A DNA stretch of 64,000 nt, taken from contig CAWFFT010000056.1 of NCBI GenBank assembly GCA_963815085.1, positions 19,872 to 83,871 of the forward strand, written 5' to 3'. The DNA is from an uncultured Chitinophagaceae bacterium (GTDB taxonomy: Bacteria > Bacteroidota > Bacteroidia > Chitinophagales > Chitinophagaceae). Within the stretch, counting starts at the first letter, position 1. Each line of letters opens with the position of its first letter. The position numbers and the translations under genes were made by a program. This document shows positions 32,624-42,973 of this stretch, piece after piece. The notes under the pieces were generated by a model, which was not told the DNA's origin, ran no database searches, and saw only the letters and a program-made list of their open reading frames with translations.

Positions 32624-32684
32624 GTGGAGTTCAGCAACCACTATAAAAAACGAGGCAAATTCCGAAAAGCCTTAAGAGTAGGAA
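32624..32684 (+). ncRNA. Structured leader motif, copy 5
   Basis: GTGG..CCAC hairpin, then AAAAAACG-AGGC-AAA-TTCC-GAAAA-GCCT-TAA-GAGTA-GGAA; ATG at 32703. Confidence 0.75.
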
Positions 32685-32702
32685 AACTAAAATACATAAG
32701 AA

Positions 32703-32972
32703 ATGGTAACAGTAATTGTACAACACGAAGTGAAAGACTTCGCACAATGGAAACCAGTATTTGATGCAGATGAACCGAATCGCGCCAAAGCAGGCGTAAA
32801 GCTATTGGGGCTTTACACATCAGTTAAAAATCCCAATGATGTAACCATGATTTTTGAAGCGGCCGGCGCTGAAGTTTTGGATGCTTTTATGAGCGACCCA
32901 CACCTTCAGGAAGCAATGAAAGAAGGCGGCGTTATTAGCGCTCCTGTAGCAAGTGTGCTTAACAAAGTGTAG
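32703..32972 (+). CDS. Small dimeric alpha/beta-barrel (cyclase-like) protein
   Basis: H.VKDF..WK..FD.D...R..AG, NPN.V...FE, L.EAM..GGV...P. Confidence 0.7.
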   Translation: MVTVIVQHEVKDFAQWKPVFDADEPNRAKAGVKLLGLYTSVKNPNDVTMIFEAAGAEVLDAFMSDPHLQEAMKEGGVISAPVASVLNKV

Positions 32973-33066
32973 ACTAATTCTTTCGTCTGAGTTCAACAGG
33001 GAACATGGCTGAAATGTAATCTTTTTGAATTGGGGTGAACGGATTCAATTATCTGAAATCACAATT

Positions 33067-34606
33067 ATGCAAAATACAAAAACGAGTGGCCTTGTTCCTA
33101 TCATTGCAGCATCCTCTGTAGGAACACTCATTGAGTGGTACGATTTTTATATTTTCGGAACATTAGCTACCATCATTTCTACGGAATTTTTTCCAAAAGG
33201 AAATCCTACTGCTGCCTTTCTTGCTACCCTTGCCACTTTTGCCGCATGACTCGTTGTACGGCCGTTTGGTGCATTATTCTTTGGTCAGACTGGGCAATTT
33301 AATTGGAAGGAAATACACCTTCATGGTTACATTAATATTGATGGGTGGTTCAACGTTTGCTATCGGGTTAATACCTAATTATGAGACCATTGGTTTTGCT
33401 GCGCCTATTATCATCCTTGTTTTAAGAATCCTGCAGGGATTAGCAATAGGCGGTGAATATGGTGGTGCCGCTACCTTTGTGGCCGAACATTCACCGAACA
33501 TCAAAACGTGGATTCTGGACGTCGTGGATTCAAACTTCTGCCGGAATAGCTTTTATATTTTCTTTGGGAGCTATTCTACTTACCAAAAGTTTTATGCAAA
33601 CTGCTGCATGGGAAAGCTGGGGTTGGCGTATTCCATTTTTAGTTTCTGCATTATTAGTGGTGATATCGGTTTATATCAGGCGAAACATGTCAGAGTCACC
33701 ATTGTATTCAAGAGCCAAAGCGGAAGGCAAAACTTCTACTAATCCCCTTAAAGAATCATTTGGAAATAAGGCAAATTTAAAAGTTGTGTTATTGGCAATT
33801 TTTGGATTAACGATTGGTGTAGGTGTTATCAGTTGGGGATCCATTTTTTATGCCCAGAGTTTTCTAATCAGGATCATGTCGGTTGATTACGATCAGTCAA
33901 ATTCTATAGTTGTAATGGGAACCATATTGGGACTTCCTTTTTGTGTATTCTTTGGTTGGCTATCAGACAAGATTGGACGAAAATATTTGTTGCTGCTAAG
34001 CATGTTGCTGGGTATAATATGTTTTCGCCCGGTTTTCGAACGCATGTACCAGGTTACAAATCTTCAGCATAAAACAGAAAAGGTAAGTGAACGCCAGGTT
34101 GAAATAAAAAAACAAATGTTACACGGCAATCAATTGCTTACCAATATCACCACCAAACACACTTACACAGATGGTACAACCATGCTGGAAGTAACGAACG
34201 AAACAGCATCGGCTGGCAAAATAGTAAATAGCGACCTGGCAAAAACTATCTGTGATCAATGGTTCCGATAAATGGAAATTGATATTAATGGTGTTTGTAC
34301 TGGCAACTATTTCCGTATTGTCGTATGGGCCGCTCGCCGCTTACCTGGTAGAAATGTTTCCATTAAAAATTCGCTATTCATCTTTGTCGTTGCCTTATCA
34401 TATCGGCTTTGGTATATTCGGTGGCATGGCGCCGCTTATCGCCACCTATCTTATTGAAAAAGCAGAGTGTTCATCACATTTCAAATTACTATTTGGCCGG
34501 CCTTACGTATCCTATCGTAGTGATGACTGTATCCCTTTGTATTGGCTTATTATACCTTAAAGAAAACAAAAAGCATATGCCTTTGGTCATGTCTGATTTT
34601 TCTTGA
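33067..34606 (+). CDS. MFS transporter, metabolite:H+ symporter family; several frameshifts
   Basis: ASSVGTLIEWYDFY, R.LQGLA.GGEYGGAAT.VAEH, WGWRIPF, YGP.AA.LVE.FP..IRY...SLPYH.G.G.FGG across four frames. Confidence 0.85.
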
Positions 34607-34872
34607 AGGATCAATCTACTAAAAAGAAGGCTGGGCTCGTGTGGATAATACAGGGATTAGTTACGGGTTATTTCGGTGTTTTTAAATTAGGGCTTCCCAA
34701 CACCATAACTGGCAAACAGGATGATTTAATTTTTGGATTAATTATGATGCTCATTATTACGCCGGTTGCTTCGATAGGTTTAATAATGTTTGGAAAATAC
34801 GCGCTTTCAGGTGAGTATGATAGCGAAGTGGCGCCTGACGGCCTTGCCGTGATTCCATCATTCGCATTATAA
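34603..34872 (+). CDS. Small membrane protein (DUF6814-like) typical downstream of this MFS
   Basis: G..W, two TM segments, GL..FG.YA..GEYD. Confidence 0.6.
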   Translation: MKDQSTKKKAGLVWIIQGLVTGYFGVFKLGLPNTITGKQDDLIFGLIMMLIITPVASIGLIMFGKYALSGEYDSEVAPDGLAVIPSFAL

Positions 34873-35027
34873 ACAGGAGATATATAAATAAAATGGACGT
34901 AAATGGCGAACCCTAAATAGTAAACAAACAAATATTCAATTAAACAAAAAGAAACCTTAACAACAAAACGGACGTCCATTTATGGTTATCCGGAATTCGG
35001 ATAAAAAATAAATTAGTAATCACTAAA

Positions 35028-35527
35028 ATGAAAATTAATGATAAATTTTCATTGGCGACAGTACTTTTGCGGTGTTATTACTTGCGTGCAGCAATAATAA
35101 TACTTCAAAAACAGCGAAATAAGAAAACGGTAACACTGATACCCGGAATATTTTAATCTGCGGCCTGCAGTTAAAAATGAACATATAAACAAACCTGTAA
35201 AAATCGGCGATGAACTTAAGATTTCAGGTGCAGTAAGTATGGACGATTCAGGAAAAATAGTAGCCCCCAACAATATGGAGCAACAGATGAAAAACTGTTA
35301 CAGCGATTTAGATAAAATCCTGAAACATTATGGATACACTTTCGATGATGTATATGCTGAAAATATTTTTACAACAGATATGGCTGCAATGGAAAAAGTG
35401 TTGGGCGACAGAACTAGTATTTATAAAAAACAATTTCCAACAGGACCGGCGGGATGTAAAAGATTCAGTTCCCGGTCAATTGATAGACCGACATAGAAGC
35501 GAAAGACGAAATAATTGCATGTGGTAA
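35028..35527 (+). CDS. RidA/YjgF family protein, frameshifted
   Basis: KIG....ISGAVSMD..G, EQQMKNCY.DL.K.L..YG...DDV..ENIFTT.M, Y...FPTG. Confidence 0.75.
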
Positions 35528-36085
35528 GAAAAATTTCCTTTGGGTGAGTCGCTACGAAACTGAGCAAACTTTGAATTTCAAAATGCAAGGGGGATAACAA
35601 AAGAGAAATCATTTACAAAATGAAAAAAGGATTGTTTGAAATGAAGCAATTACAGTCAATAAAAGACCAAATGATTCATATTTTTTGACATTCAAAACCA
35701 AATCAAACATGCCAACAACAAAAACTGACGAAGGCTTAAAAAGATAAATTGGTATTTGGGATTTCTGCAATAATGTAAACATCTATGGCTCAGGAATATT
35801 TTGTTACCGTCAATATGTTGAGGAATACCAGTGCTAGCCGCTGTAATAGCTTATGCTTTCTGCGACATCCTGATGTTTTACTGTTCCCGGTGGAAAAAAA
35901 ATTCCGTGTTTATCTATCGGCATCGGGCTTTTTTTTCTTGTACCATTTAACAAATAAAATTTATTTAGTCAATATGAGTTTTAGTATAGCGAACAAGTAA
36001 TCTATTAGGCAGCTAACTGATTAATATCAATTCTTTTTGATAACAAAAGCAGTAAAGCAATAAAAACGTTCAATTTTTATTCGGC

Positions 36086-36805
36086 CTAAAAATTCAAAAC
36101 ATCTTTCATTGAAAAAATTCCTTTTTTTTCAACAATATATTCAGCGGCTAAAACGGCGCCTTCAGCAAACCCTTTACGGTTGTGAGCGGTATGGATAATT
36201 TCAATATCATCAATGGCAGAAGAATATTTTACAGAATGAGTTCCTGCCACTTCATCAATTCTTTTACTAATAATAGAAAGTTCATTTTCTTTTGCGCTTT
36301 CGCTGTTCACCCATTTATCTTTTTTGTCCGAAATCCCGATTATTTGTTCAGCAAGGGTTATAGCGGTTCCACTTGGCGCATCTTTTTTTTGAGTGTGATG
36401 AATTTCTTCAAGCGTTACCTCATAAGCGGGATGCGGGTTTAAAAGCGTTGCTAATTTTTTATTCAATTCAAAAAATATATTTACGCCCACACTAAAATTA
36501 CTTGCATACAAAAAACTTCCGTTCAATTCTTTACATTTATCCTCGATAGTTTTCAAATTATTTAGCCAGCCGGTGGTTCCGCAAACAACTGGTACTTTTT
36601 CATTCAAACACAATAAAATATTCTGCATTGCGCTGTCGGGATTAGTAAATTCAATCGCCACATCAGCTTTTTGAATATTTTCTTTTGTAAGATCTTCCAG
36701 GTTTTGATCGTTAATTTTTAAAACAATCTCATGGCCTCTTTTTACCGCAATTTCTTCAAGCGCATGGCCCATTTTTCCGTATCCGAGTAAAGCTATTTTC
36801 ATCAA
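36086..36805 (-). CDS. dapB: 4-hydroxy-tetrahydrodipicolinate reductase
   Basis: GYGKMG, GTTGW, SNFSVG, EIHHTQKKDAPSGTA, H.A.NR.GFA.GA. Confidence 0.97.
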   Translation of the reverse strand: MMKIALLGYGKMGHALEEIAVKRGHEIVLKINDQNLEDLTKENIQKADVAIEFTNPDSAMQNILLCLNEKVPVVCGTTGWLNNLKTIEDKCKELNGSFLYASNFSVGVNIFFELNKKLATLLNPHPAYEVTLEEIHHTQKKDAPSGTAITLAEQIIGISDKKDKWVNSESAKENELSIISKRIDEVAGTHSVKYSSAIDDIEIIHTAHNRKGFAEGAVLAAEYIVEKKGIFSMKDVLNF

Positions 36806-36841
36806 AAAAAAAATTAAGAGTTCAAAAGTAAGAATTAAGAG

Positions 36842-37555
36842 TTAAGGAAGCGGTAGTAAAGGTTTTGAACTTTTATCTTTAAAAAAGAAAACCAGTGATA
36901 GTCCCGCATTATTTGTAGAAAGATTTGGTTTTAATTTCATACCAATATCCGGAGAAACGTCAAAAGCTTTTAAGTGTGCGTCGACAGTAGCATCTACCAC
37001 ATTCAATCCCCATAAAATAAGGAATGCCAAAACGGAGTAATCAATATTTTGCCTGAAGGCGTTTCTGTTTACACGAAGAAATTCTGTGGGTAATGGCTGA
37101 AATTCCGGTGCAACTAATATGCTGTCCGCATGTGTTCCTGAAGCTCGCAAAATTACTGCCTGTCGAAGTAATCTATAAGTTTTTAAATTATAAAAAAACA
37201 CACCCGCGCTAATGCCCAGAGCTCCATAAATGATTGGAATTTTCCAGTATTTTTTATTGTACCATTGCCCCCATCCCGGCAAAATAGCAGAACGAAGCAT
37301 TGCCACTTTTGGATTGAATTTTACCGCCGTGTCCAAAGCGAGCACATCTTTTTTTGATGAACCTTTTGCCGGGCTGGTAACAACCAGGGTATCGCTTTTT
37401 TGAAGTTGTTTTTTTAAATGAAAAGTGTCCGACAAAGCAGTTAAAGTATCAGGAGTGTTTACATGAGTCGTATCTTCATATTGCTGCGCAAAAAGGGATG
37501 TTCCCGACAATAGAAGGAATAAAATGAAAATGATAAAAATGCCTGAACGTACCAT
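36842..37555 (-). CDS. DUF5683 domain protein
   Basis: P..A..RSAILPGWGQ.YNKKYWK.P, N.VDA.VDAHL; conserved parA-parB-DUF5683-dapB order. Confidence 0.9.
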   Translation of the reverse strand: MVRSGIFIIFILFLLLSGTSLFAQQYEDTTHVNTPDTLTALSDTFHLKKQLQKSDTLVVTSPAKGSSKKDVLALDTAVKFNPKVAMLRSAILPGWGQWYNKKYWKIPIIYGALGISAGVFFYNLKTYRLLRQAVILRASGTHADSILVAPEFQPLPTEFLRVNRNAFRQNIDYSVLAFLILWGLNVVDATVDAHLKAFDVSPDIGMKLKPNLSTNNAGLSLVFFFKDKSSKPLLPLP

Positions 37556-37557
37556 AA

Positions 37558-38478
37558 TTAATCAACCGAAACCTGCATCTTATCTAATAGTGAACTTAGT
37601 TCTTCAATCGAAAAATAATCAAAAGTGATGCTGCCGGTTCCCTTTTTACTGTGTGTCATTTTCACTTTTGTACTAAAGTGTGATGCTAAATTATCTTCAA
37701 TTTTTTTTAAAGAAGGTGGCAGCGTGCTTTTTACCGAATTATTAACAGCGGTCTTTGGAGTATAAAGTCTTCTTACCAATTCTTCTGTTTGCCTCACGGA
37801 AAGTTCTTTAGTCTTTATTTCATTAAAAATATAAAGTTGTTTATCCACTACATCTACATTGATCAGTGCCCTTGCATGTCCCATGCTGATGCTTCCGTTT
37901 CGTACTGCCGCCTGGATATCCGGAGGTAATTTTAAAAGCCTGATATAATTGGTAACTGTGCTCCTTTCTTTACCCATTCTTTCTGCAAGTTGGTCCTGCG
38001 TATAATCCAGTTCTTCCATCAATTGCTTATAACTAAGTGCAATTTCAATGGCATTTAAATCTTCACGTTGCAGATTTTCTAGCAAAGCCAGTTCAAGAAT
38101 TTTTGAATCTTTTACATCCCTGATATAAACCGGAATATCTTCAAGACCGGCAATTTTAGCCGCGCGAAATCTTCTTTCGCCCGCGATGATTCTGTATTTG
38201 CCTGAAGCCGATTTTGTAACAGTAATAGGTTGAATAATATCATGCATCTTTACAGAAGCGGCCAGTTCGCTTAATGAGTTTTCATCAAAATCATGTCGCG
38301 GCTGTTCAGGATTTGCTTCAATCTGGTTCAAGGAAATCCTGGTTTTGGCAACATTGCTTTTATCTGAAGAATCTTTTATCAGGCTCTTTTCCGTTACCGA
38401 CAGATCTGTATCAATATTTTGTAAAAGTGACCGGATCCCTTTTCCTAATGCCTCTTTTCTGTTGGGTGTACTTTTCAT
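37558..38478 (-). CDS. parB: Chromosome partitioning protein ParB
   Basis: ALGKG, NP.QPR..F, IIAGERR.RA, ENLQREDLN.IE. Confidence 0.95.
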   Translation of the reverse strand: MKSTPNRKEALGKGIRSLLQNIDTDLSVTEKSLIKDSSDKSNVAKTRISLNQIEANPEQPRHDFDENSLSELAASVKMHDIIQPITVTKSASGKYRIIAGERRFRAAKIAGLEDIPVYIRDVKDSKILELALLENLQREDLNAIEIALSYKQLMEELDYTQDQLAERMGKERSTVTNYIRLLKLPPDIQAAVRNGSISMGHARALINVDVVDKQLYIFNEIKTKELSVRQTEELVRRLYTPKTAVNNSVKSTLPPSLKKIEDNLASHFSTKVKMTHSKKGTGSITFDYFSIEELSSLLDKMQVSVD

Positions 38479-38509
38479 TTATTTAGTATAAAAAAATTGT
38501 TTTAAAATT

Positions 38510-39316
38510 TTAAGGATGTTCCAATACTTTGTCAGACTGGCTGATCCTGGTCATATTATTTTTTTGCAACACTTCTTTTGCGAGATTTAAATAATTGATA
38601 GCGCCTTTACTGTCTGCATCATATAAAATTGCCGGCTTGCCAAAACTCGGCGCTTCGCTCAATCTGGTATTACGATGTATAACGCTGTTAAAAACCAGTT
38701 CATCAAAGTGATGCCTTACTTCATTTACTACCTGGTTGCACAAACGCAACCTTCCATCGTACATGGTCATTAAAAGTCCTTCAATTTGCAATTGCATGTT
38801 AAGTCTGCTTTGTACAATTTTAATGGTATTCAATAGTTTACCCAGACCTTCTAACGCAAAAAATTCGGCCTGAACCGGTACTACCACGCTGTCTGCGGCG
38901 ACCAAAGCATTTACAGTTATCAAACCAAGCGAGGGAGAGCAATCAATAATAATAAAATCATATTGATTGCGAAGCGGGTTCAATACATTTTTTAAAACAC
39001 TTTCCCGGTCGGGATAATTGATCATCTCAATTTCTGCGCCCACAAGATCGATGTGCGAAGGCATCAGGTCGAGGAAGGGAATTTCAGTTTTTAAGATCAC
39101 ATCCTTTGCCGGAGTTTCATTTACCATGCAATCATACAATCCTGTAGTTACATTATGCAGATCAAAGCCGACACCGGTAGTGGTATTTGCCTGTGGATCG
39201 GCATCTACAAGCAATGTTTTATATTCAAGTACGGCAAGGCTTGCGGCAAGATTAATAGCAGTCGTGGTTTTGCCCACGCCACCTTTTTGATTTGCAATTC
39301 CTATAATTTTTCCCAT
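38510..39316 (-). CDS. parA: Chromosome partitioning ATPase ParA/Soj
   Basis: [33 protein letters not shown]. Confidence 0.96.
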   Translation of the reverse strand: MGKIIGIANQKGGVGKTTTAINLAASLAVLEYKTLLVDADPQANTTTGVGFDLHNVTTGLYDCMVNETPAKDVILKTEIPFLDLMPSHIDLVGAEIEMINYPDRESVLKNVLNPLRNQYDFIIIDCSPSLGLITVNALVAADSVVVPVQAEFFALEGLGKLLNTIKIVQSRLNMQLQIEGLLMTMYDGRLRLCNQVVNEVRHHFDELVFNSVIHRNTRLSEAPSFGKPAILYDADSKGAINYLNLAKEVLQKNNMTRISQSDKVLEHP

Positions 39317-39605
39317 AATTCCTTTTCGGTTAACATTCCTTTACTTACACCTGAAATAAAAATTCTGCCTGTTTGTTGGTTTACTGTTTTAGAATTTAAA
39401 ACAATGACAGCAATGATTAATTTTTTCGTTTTTTGGCAAAAAAACTTATTTAATTTCAGAATTATAAGCCATATTGGCAAATTTAATTATTAGGCATAAT
39501 ATTCCCGCATATTATGCCGCTGAAAAAGCATTAATTAATCCCCTAACTACTAACAATTTGTTAGGTATGTAGCCGGTTAAGGGTAAAAGCTGTTAATTTT
39601 ATACT

Positions 39606-40103
39606 ATGTACACGATTATAAGTGGTACCAACCGCAGTGGAAGCCATACGGAAAAAGTAGCGTATGAATATCAACAGATACTGAAAAATAAAAATATAGA
39701 AGCCTCGCTTTTTTCTTTGAAAGGACTTAACGTTCTGAAAAGAAACGAAACAATTGAAAAGGCAGAACATGAAATATTGATCCCAACTCAAAAATTCATT
39801 TTTATTATTCCTGAATACAATGGTTCTTACCCCGGCGTTTTAAAAGCGCTTATTGATAACAGTGATATCAAAAAGGTGTGGAATTATAAAAAGGCGCTAT
39901 TGACCGGAGTGGCTACAGGAAGAGCCGGAAATTTGCGAGGAATGGATCATTTGGCCGATACATTACATTACATGAAAATGCATGTTTTTTATAATAAACT
40001 TCCTATCTCTGTTGTTGATAAAGTGATGGACAACGAGGGTCATTTTAATGAAGAAACGTTGGCCGCTATCAATAACCAACTCGATGAATTTATTCACTAT
40101 TAA
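39606..40103 (+). CDS. NADPH-dependent FMN reductase
   Basis: ISGTNR.GS, PEYNGSYPG.LK..ID, G.AG.LRG. Confidence 0.9.
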   Translation: MYTIISGTNRSGSHTEKVAYEYQQILKNKNIEASLFSLKGLNVLKRNETIEKAEHEILIPTQKFIFIIPEYNGSYPGVLKALIDNSDIKKVWNYKKALLTGVATGRAGNLRGMDHLADTLHYMKMHVFYNKLPISVVDKVMDNEGHFNEETLAAINNQLDEFIHY

Positions 40104-40127
40104 TCTTTACGAAAACTTTTTAAAATT

Positions 40128-41387
40128 ATGCGTACACCTGTTGGAGCAACCATCATAGTCTCAATTATGATTCTCCTGGACTTTTATGTGTTTTCTGCTT
40201 TGCAGTCTGTTACCGCGTCTGCTTCTGAAAAGACTAAAAACATTATTTATATTCTTTATTGGCTTGTCGCGGCTTTGGCAGTAATCGGGTTGATTGTGTT
40301 TGTTTTTACAGACACCACTTTTATGTCAAAAAAAGTAAGAACTTACCTTTTTGCTACGATTCTTGGTTTTGTATTTGCCCAAATTCTTTCAAGCGTATTT
40401 TTCCTGGTTGATGATGTGCGCCGTGCAATACAATGGATTGTTCAAAAAACATCGACAGGAAATAAAAATATTGCGAATGCGGAAGGAGAAAATATCCCAA
40501 GGTCTGTATTCCTCAATTGGATTGGGTTGGCGGCTGGCACTACTTTATTTGGAAGTCTTTTGTATGGGTTTACTAATAAATACAATTATCGTGTAAAGCG
40601 TGTCAAACTTGCTTTTGATAATTTACCTGAAGCTTTTAACGGGTTGAAAATTGTTCATTTTAGTGACGTGCATTCAGGAAGTTTTATGAATAAAAAAGCG
40701 GTAGAAGATGGTGTTCAAAAGATTATTGATGAAAATGGAGATATAGTTATTTTCAGTGGAGATCTTGTGAATGACAGGGCAACTGAAATGAAGAATTATA
40801 TGAATGTTTTTAATAAAATTAAAGCGCCGATGGGCGTATATTCCACTTTTGGAAATCATGATTACGGCGATTATGTGAAGTGGCCGTATGAAGGAGTAAC
40901 CAAAGAACAAAATTTAGTTCATTTGGCAGAAGTCCACAAGCAACTCGGATGGAAACTGATGATGAATGAACACGTCGTTCTTAAGAAAGATGGAGATGAA
41001 ATAGCTTTATTGGGCATTGAAAACTGGAGTGCCAAGGCCCGTTTTCCAAAATATGGAAATATGAAAAAGGCCCATGTAGGTACAGAAAAATATCCTTTTA
41101 AAATTTTGATTAGCCATGACCCAAGTCATTGGGATGCGCAGGTGCGCCCTGATTATCCTGATGTGGATCTGACGTTAAGTGGCCATACTCACGGAATGCA
41201 ATTTGGTGTTGAAATCCCGGGATTTAAATGGAGTCCTGTTCAGTATTTTTATAAAGAATGGGACGGTTTGTATGAAGAAGGTAAACAGAAACTATACGTA
41301 AATCCAGGCTTTGGTTTTATCGGGTATCCCGGGAGAGTGGGAATATTACCGGAAATTACAGTTATCGAATTAACAGTTTCAACCTGA
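40128..41387 (+). CDS. Membrane-anchored metallophosphoesterase
   Basis: SDVH, GDLVN, GNHD, SH.P, SGHTHG. Confidence 0.92.
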   Translation: MRTPVGATIIVSIMILLDFYVFSALQSVTASASEKTKNIIYILYWLVAALAVIGLIVFVFTDTTFMSKKVRTYLFATILGFVFAQILSSVFFLVDDVRRAIQWIVQKTSTGNKNIANAEGENIPRSVFLNWIGLAAGTTLFGSLLYGFTNKYNYRVKRVKLAFDNLPEAFNGLKIVHFSDVHSGSFMNKKAVEDGVQKIIDENGDIVIFSGDLVNDRATEMKNYMNVFNKIKAPMGVYSTFGNHDYGDYVKWPYEGVTKEQNLVHLAEVHKQLGWKLMMNEHVVLKKDGDEIALLGIENWSAKARFPKYGNMKKAHVGTEKYPFKILISHDPSHWDAQVRPDYPDVDLTLSGHTHGMQFGVEIPGFKWSPVQYFYKEWDGLYEEGKQKLYVNPGFGFIGYPGRVGILPEITVIELTVST

Positions 41388-41423
41388 TACCTCATACCTC
41401 GTACCTCATACCTGAAACCTGAA
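41382..41423. repeat. Six degenerate heptamer tandem units (ACCTSRW)
   Basis: ACCTGAT ACCTCAT ACCTCGT ACCTCAT ACCTGAA ACCTGAA between convergent stops. Confidence 0.8.
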
Positions 41424-41425
41424 AC

Positions 41426-41962
41426 TCAAAACTTATTTTTCCACATCATGCTTTCCACGGGCTTATCGGGCTGGTGACTGTATTTCGCGTTCTTTTTTGT
41501 ATCATAAGAAACTTCAACTTCTCCTTCAACAGGAAAATAAATCAATTGGCCGATAGGCATTCCGGCGTAAATCCTTACTGGTATTTTGCATGAAATTTCC
41601 AAGGTCCAATGGCCGCAAAAACCAACGTCGCCTTTTCCTGCCGTCGCGTGAATGTCAATGCCAAGACGGCCTGTAGATGATTTTCCTTCTAAGAAAGGAA
41701 CATGTGCATGCGTTTCAGTATATTCATCAGTAACACCCAGATACAATTGATTCGGTTGTAAAACGTATCCTTCTTCCGGTATTTCGAAATGACGAATTTC
41801 ATTGTGCTTTTTGGCGTCAAGTTCTTTGTCTTTATAAACTGCCAGATTTTTCCCCAAATGGACATCGTAACTGTTGCTACCTAATTTTTCACGATTGTAG
41901 GGTTTGATGATGATTGTTTTCTTCTCAATTTCTTCCAGAATTCGCTTGTCAGATAAAATCAT
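41426..41962 (-). CDS. dcd: dCTP deaminase
   Basis: MILSD, SYD..L, EGKSS.GRLG..IH.TAG.GD.GF.G..TLE. Confidence 0.95.
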   Translation of the reverse strand: MILSDKRILEEIEKKTIIIKPYNREKLGSNSYDVHLGKNLAVYKDKELDAKKHNEIRHFEIPEEGYVLQPNQLYLGVTDEYTETHAHVPFLEGKSSTGRLGIDIHATAGKGDVGFCGHWTLEISCKIPVRIYAGMPIGQLIYFPVEGEVEVSYDTKKNAKYSHQPDKPVESMMWKNKF

Positions 41963-42032
41963 TTATTTGAAGTTATTTTTATGGTTGCAAAATAATTCAT
42001 CACATTGCAAAAAGACACATAATTTTTTTTTC

Positions 42033-42642
42033 ATGCCTTTGTTTTATCAACATAATATCAACGAACATACAAAACTGGCTGTTTGGCACATTACAGAAAA
42101 TGAAAGTTTTTTTTTAGAAAAAGTGCCGTTGCAAACAGAAGTGGCTCATCCACATAAACGTTTGCAACATCTTGCCGCACGATATCTTTTAGAAATATTG
42201 CAACCCGGCTTTCCCTTTCACCGGATTGAAATCGCCGATTCAAAAAAGCCTTTATTGAGCAATGATGAGTTTCATTTTTCTGTTTCACATTGTGGGGATT
42301 ATGCGGCAGCGATAGTAAGTGAAATTAATTTGGTAGGAATTGATGTGGAATTAATTACGCCAAGAGTTGGGCGTGATCAAAAATAAATTTTTAAATGAAA
42401 ACGAGATTCAACTCCTGCCGCTGTGCAATACAAAATTCCTTACACTTTGCTGGTGTGCCAAGGAAGCGATTTATAAATGGTATGGAAAGGGCAAAGTTGA
42501 TTTTAAAAATAATATATTGATTGATGATTTATTTTATCAGGAAAAAGCGGGATTAATAAAAGCTCATTTTGAAAAAGAGGAGAGAACTGATCTTCAAATA
42601 GAATTTAAATTTTTTGAAAACTTGTGCCTGGCCTGGGTTTGA
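42033..42642 (+). CDS. 4'-phosphopantetheinyl transferase family protein, one frameshift at ~42,370
   Basis: W.I.E, KP......FS.SH, VGIDVE, W.AKEA.YK. Confidence 0.88.
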
Positions 42643-42676
42643 AGTAAAATAAAAATTGATTTAATTCCTTCGTTTA

Positions 42677-42967
42677 CTATGGAACGGTTATACAAAAACT
42701 GCTGTCTTTATCATATTTGGGCAAATACCATGAACCATCATGATCGCCGGTTACGTCGCCATGAAAATGCACCATCTCATTTCCGTCCGGGAAAGCGACC
42801 ACTGTAGAAACATAAAAAGTGGGGTAAACAAAACTATCTAAAGTTGGTGTTACCAAGATAGTACCACATCTCATTTGTGGCGGCTCTGCTGGTTTATCAG
42901 CAATCGATTTTGTTTTCCTGCATCCTAATCCGGAAAGGAAAATAAGTGCAAGCAGTAGTTTTTTCAT
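42677..42967 (-). CDS. Hypothetical lipoprotein
   Basis: MKK start plus lipobox GLGC; compact ORF following ppa. Confidence 0.55.
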   Translation of the reverse strand: MKKLLLALIFLSGLGCRKTKSIADKPAEPPQMRCGTILVTPTLDSFVYPTFYVSTVVAFPDGNEMVHFHGDVTGDHDGSWYLPKYDKDSSFCITVP

Positions 42968-42973
42968 TCAAAA

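Noticed and set aside
30112-32684. Repeated motif as a CRISPR array, attC sites or hammerhead ribozymes
   Set aside because: Spacers are whole genes and no cas genes are present; no RYYYAAC/GTTRRRY ends or integrase; GAAA is present but the CTGATGA core is not
35528-36085. Possible gene or RNA between RidA and dapB
   Set aside because: Only a short ORF without motifs (35785-36000) and no motif copy or convincing structure
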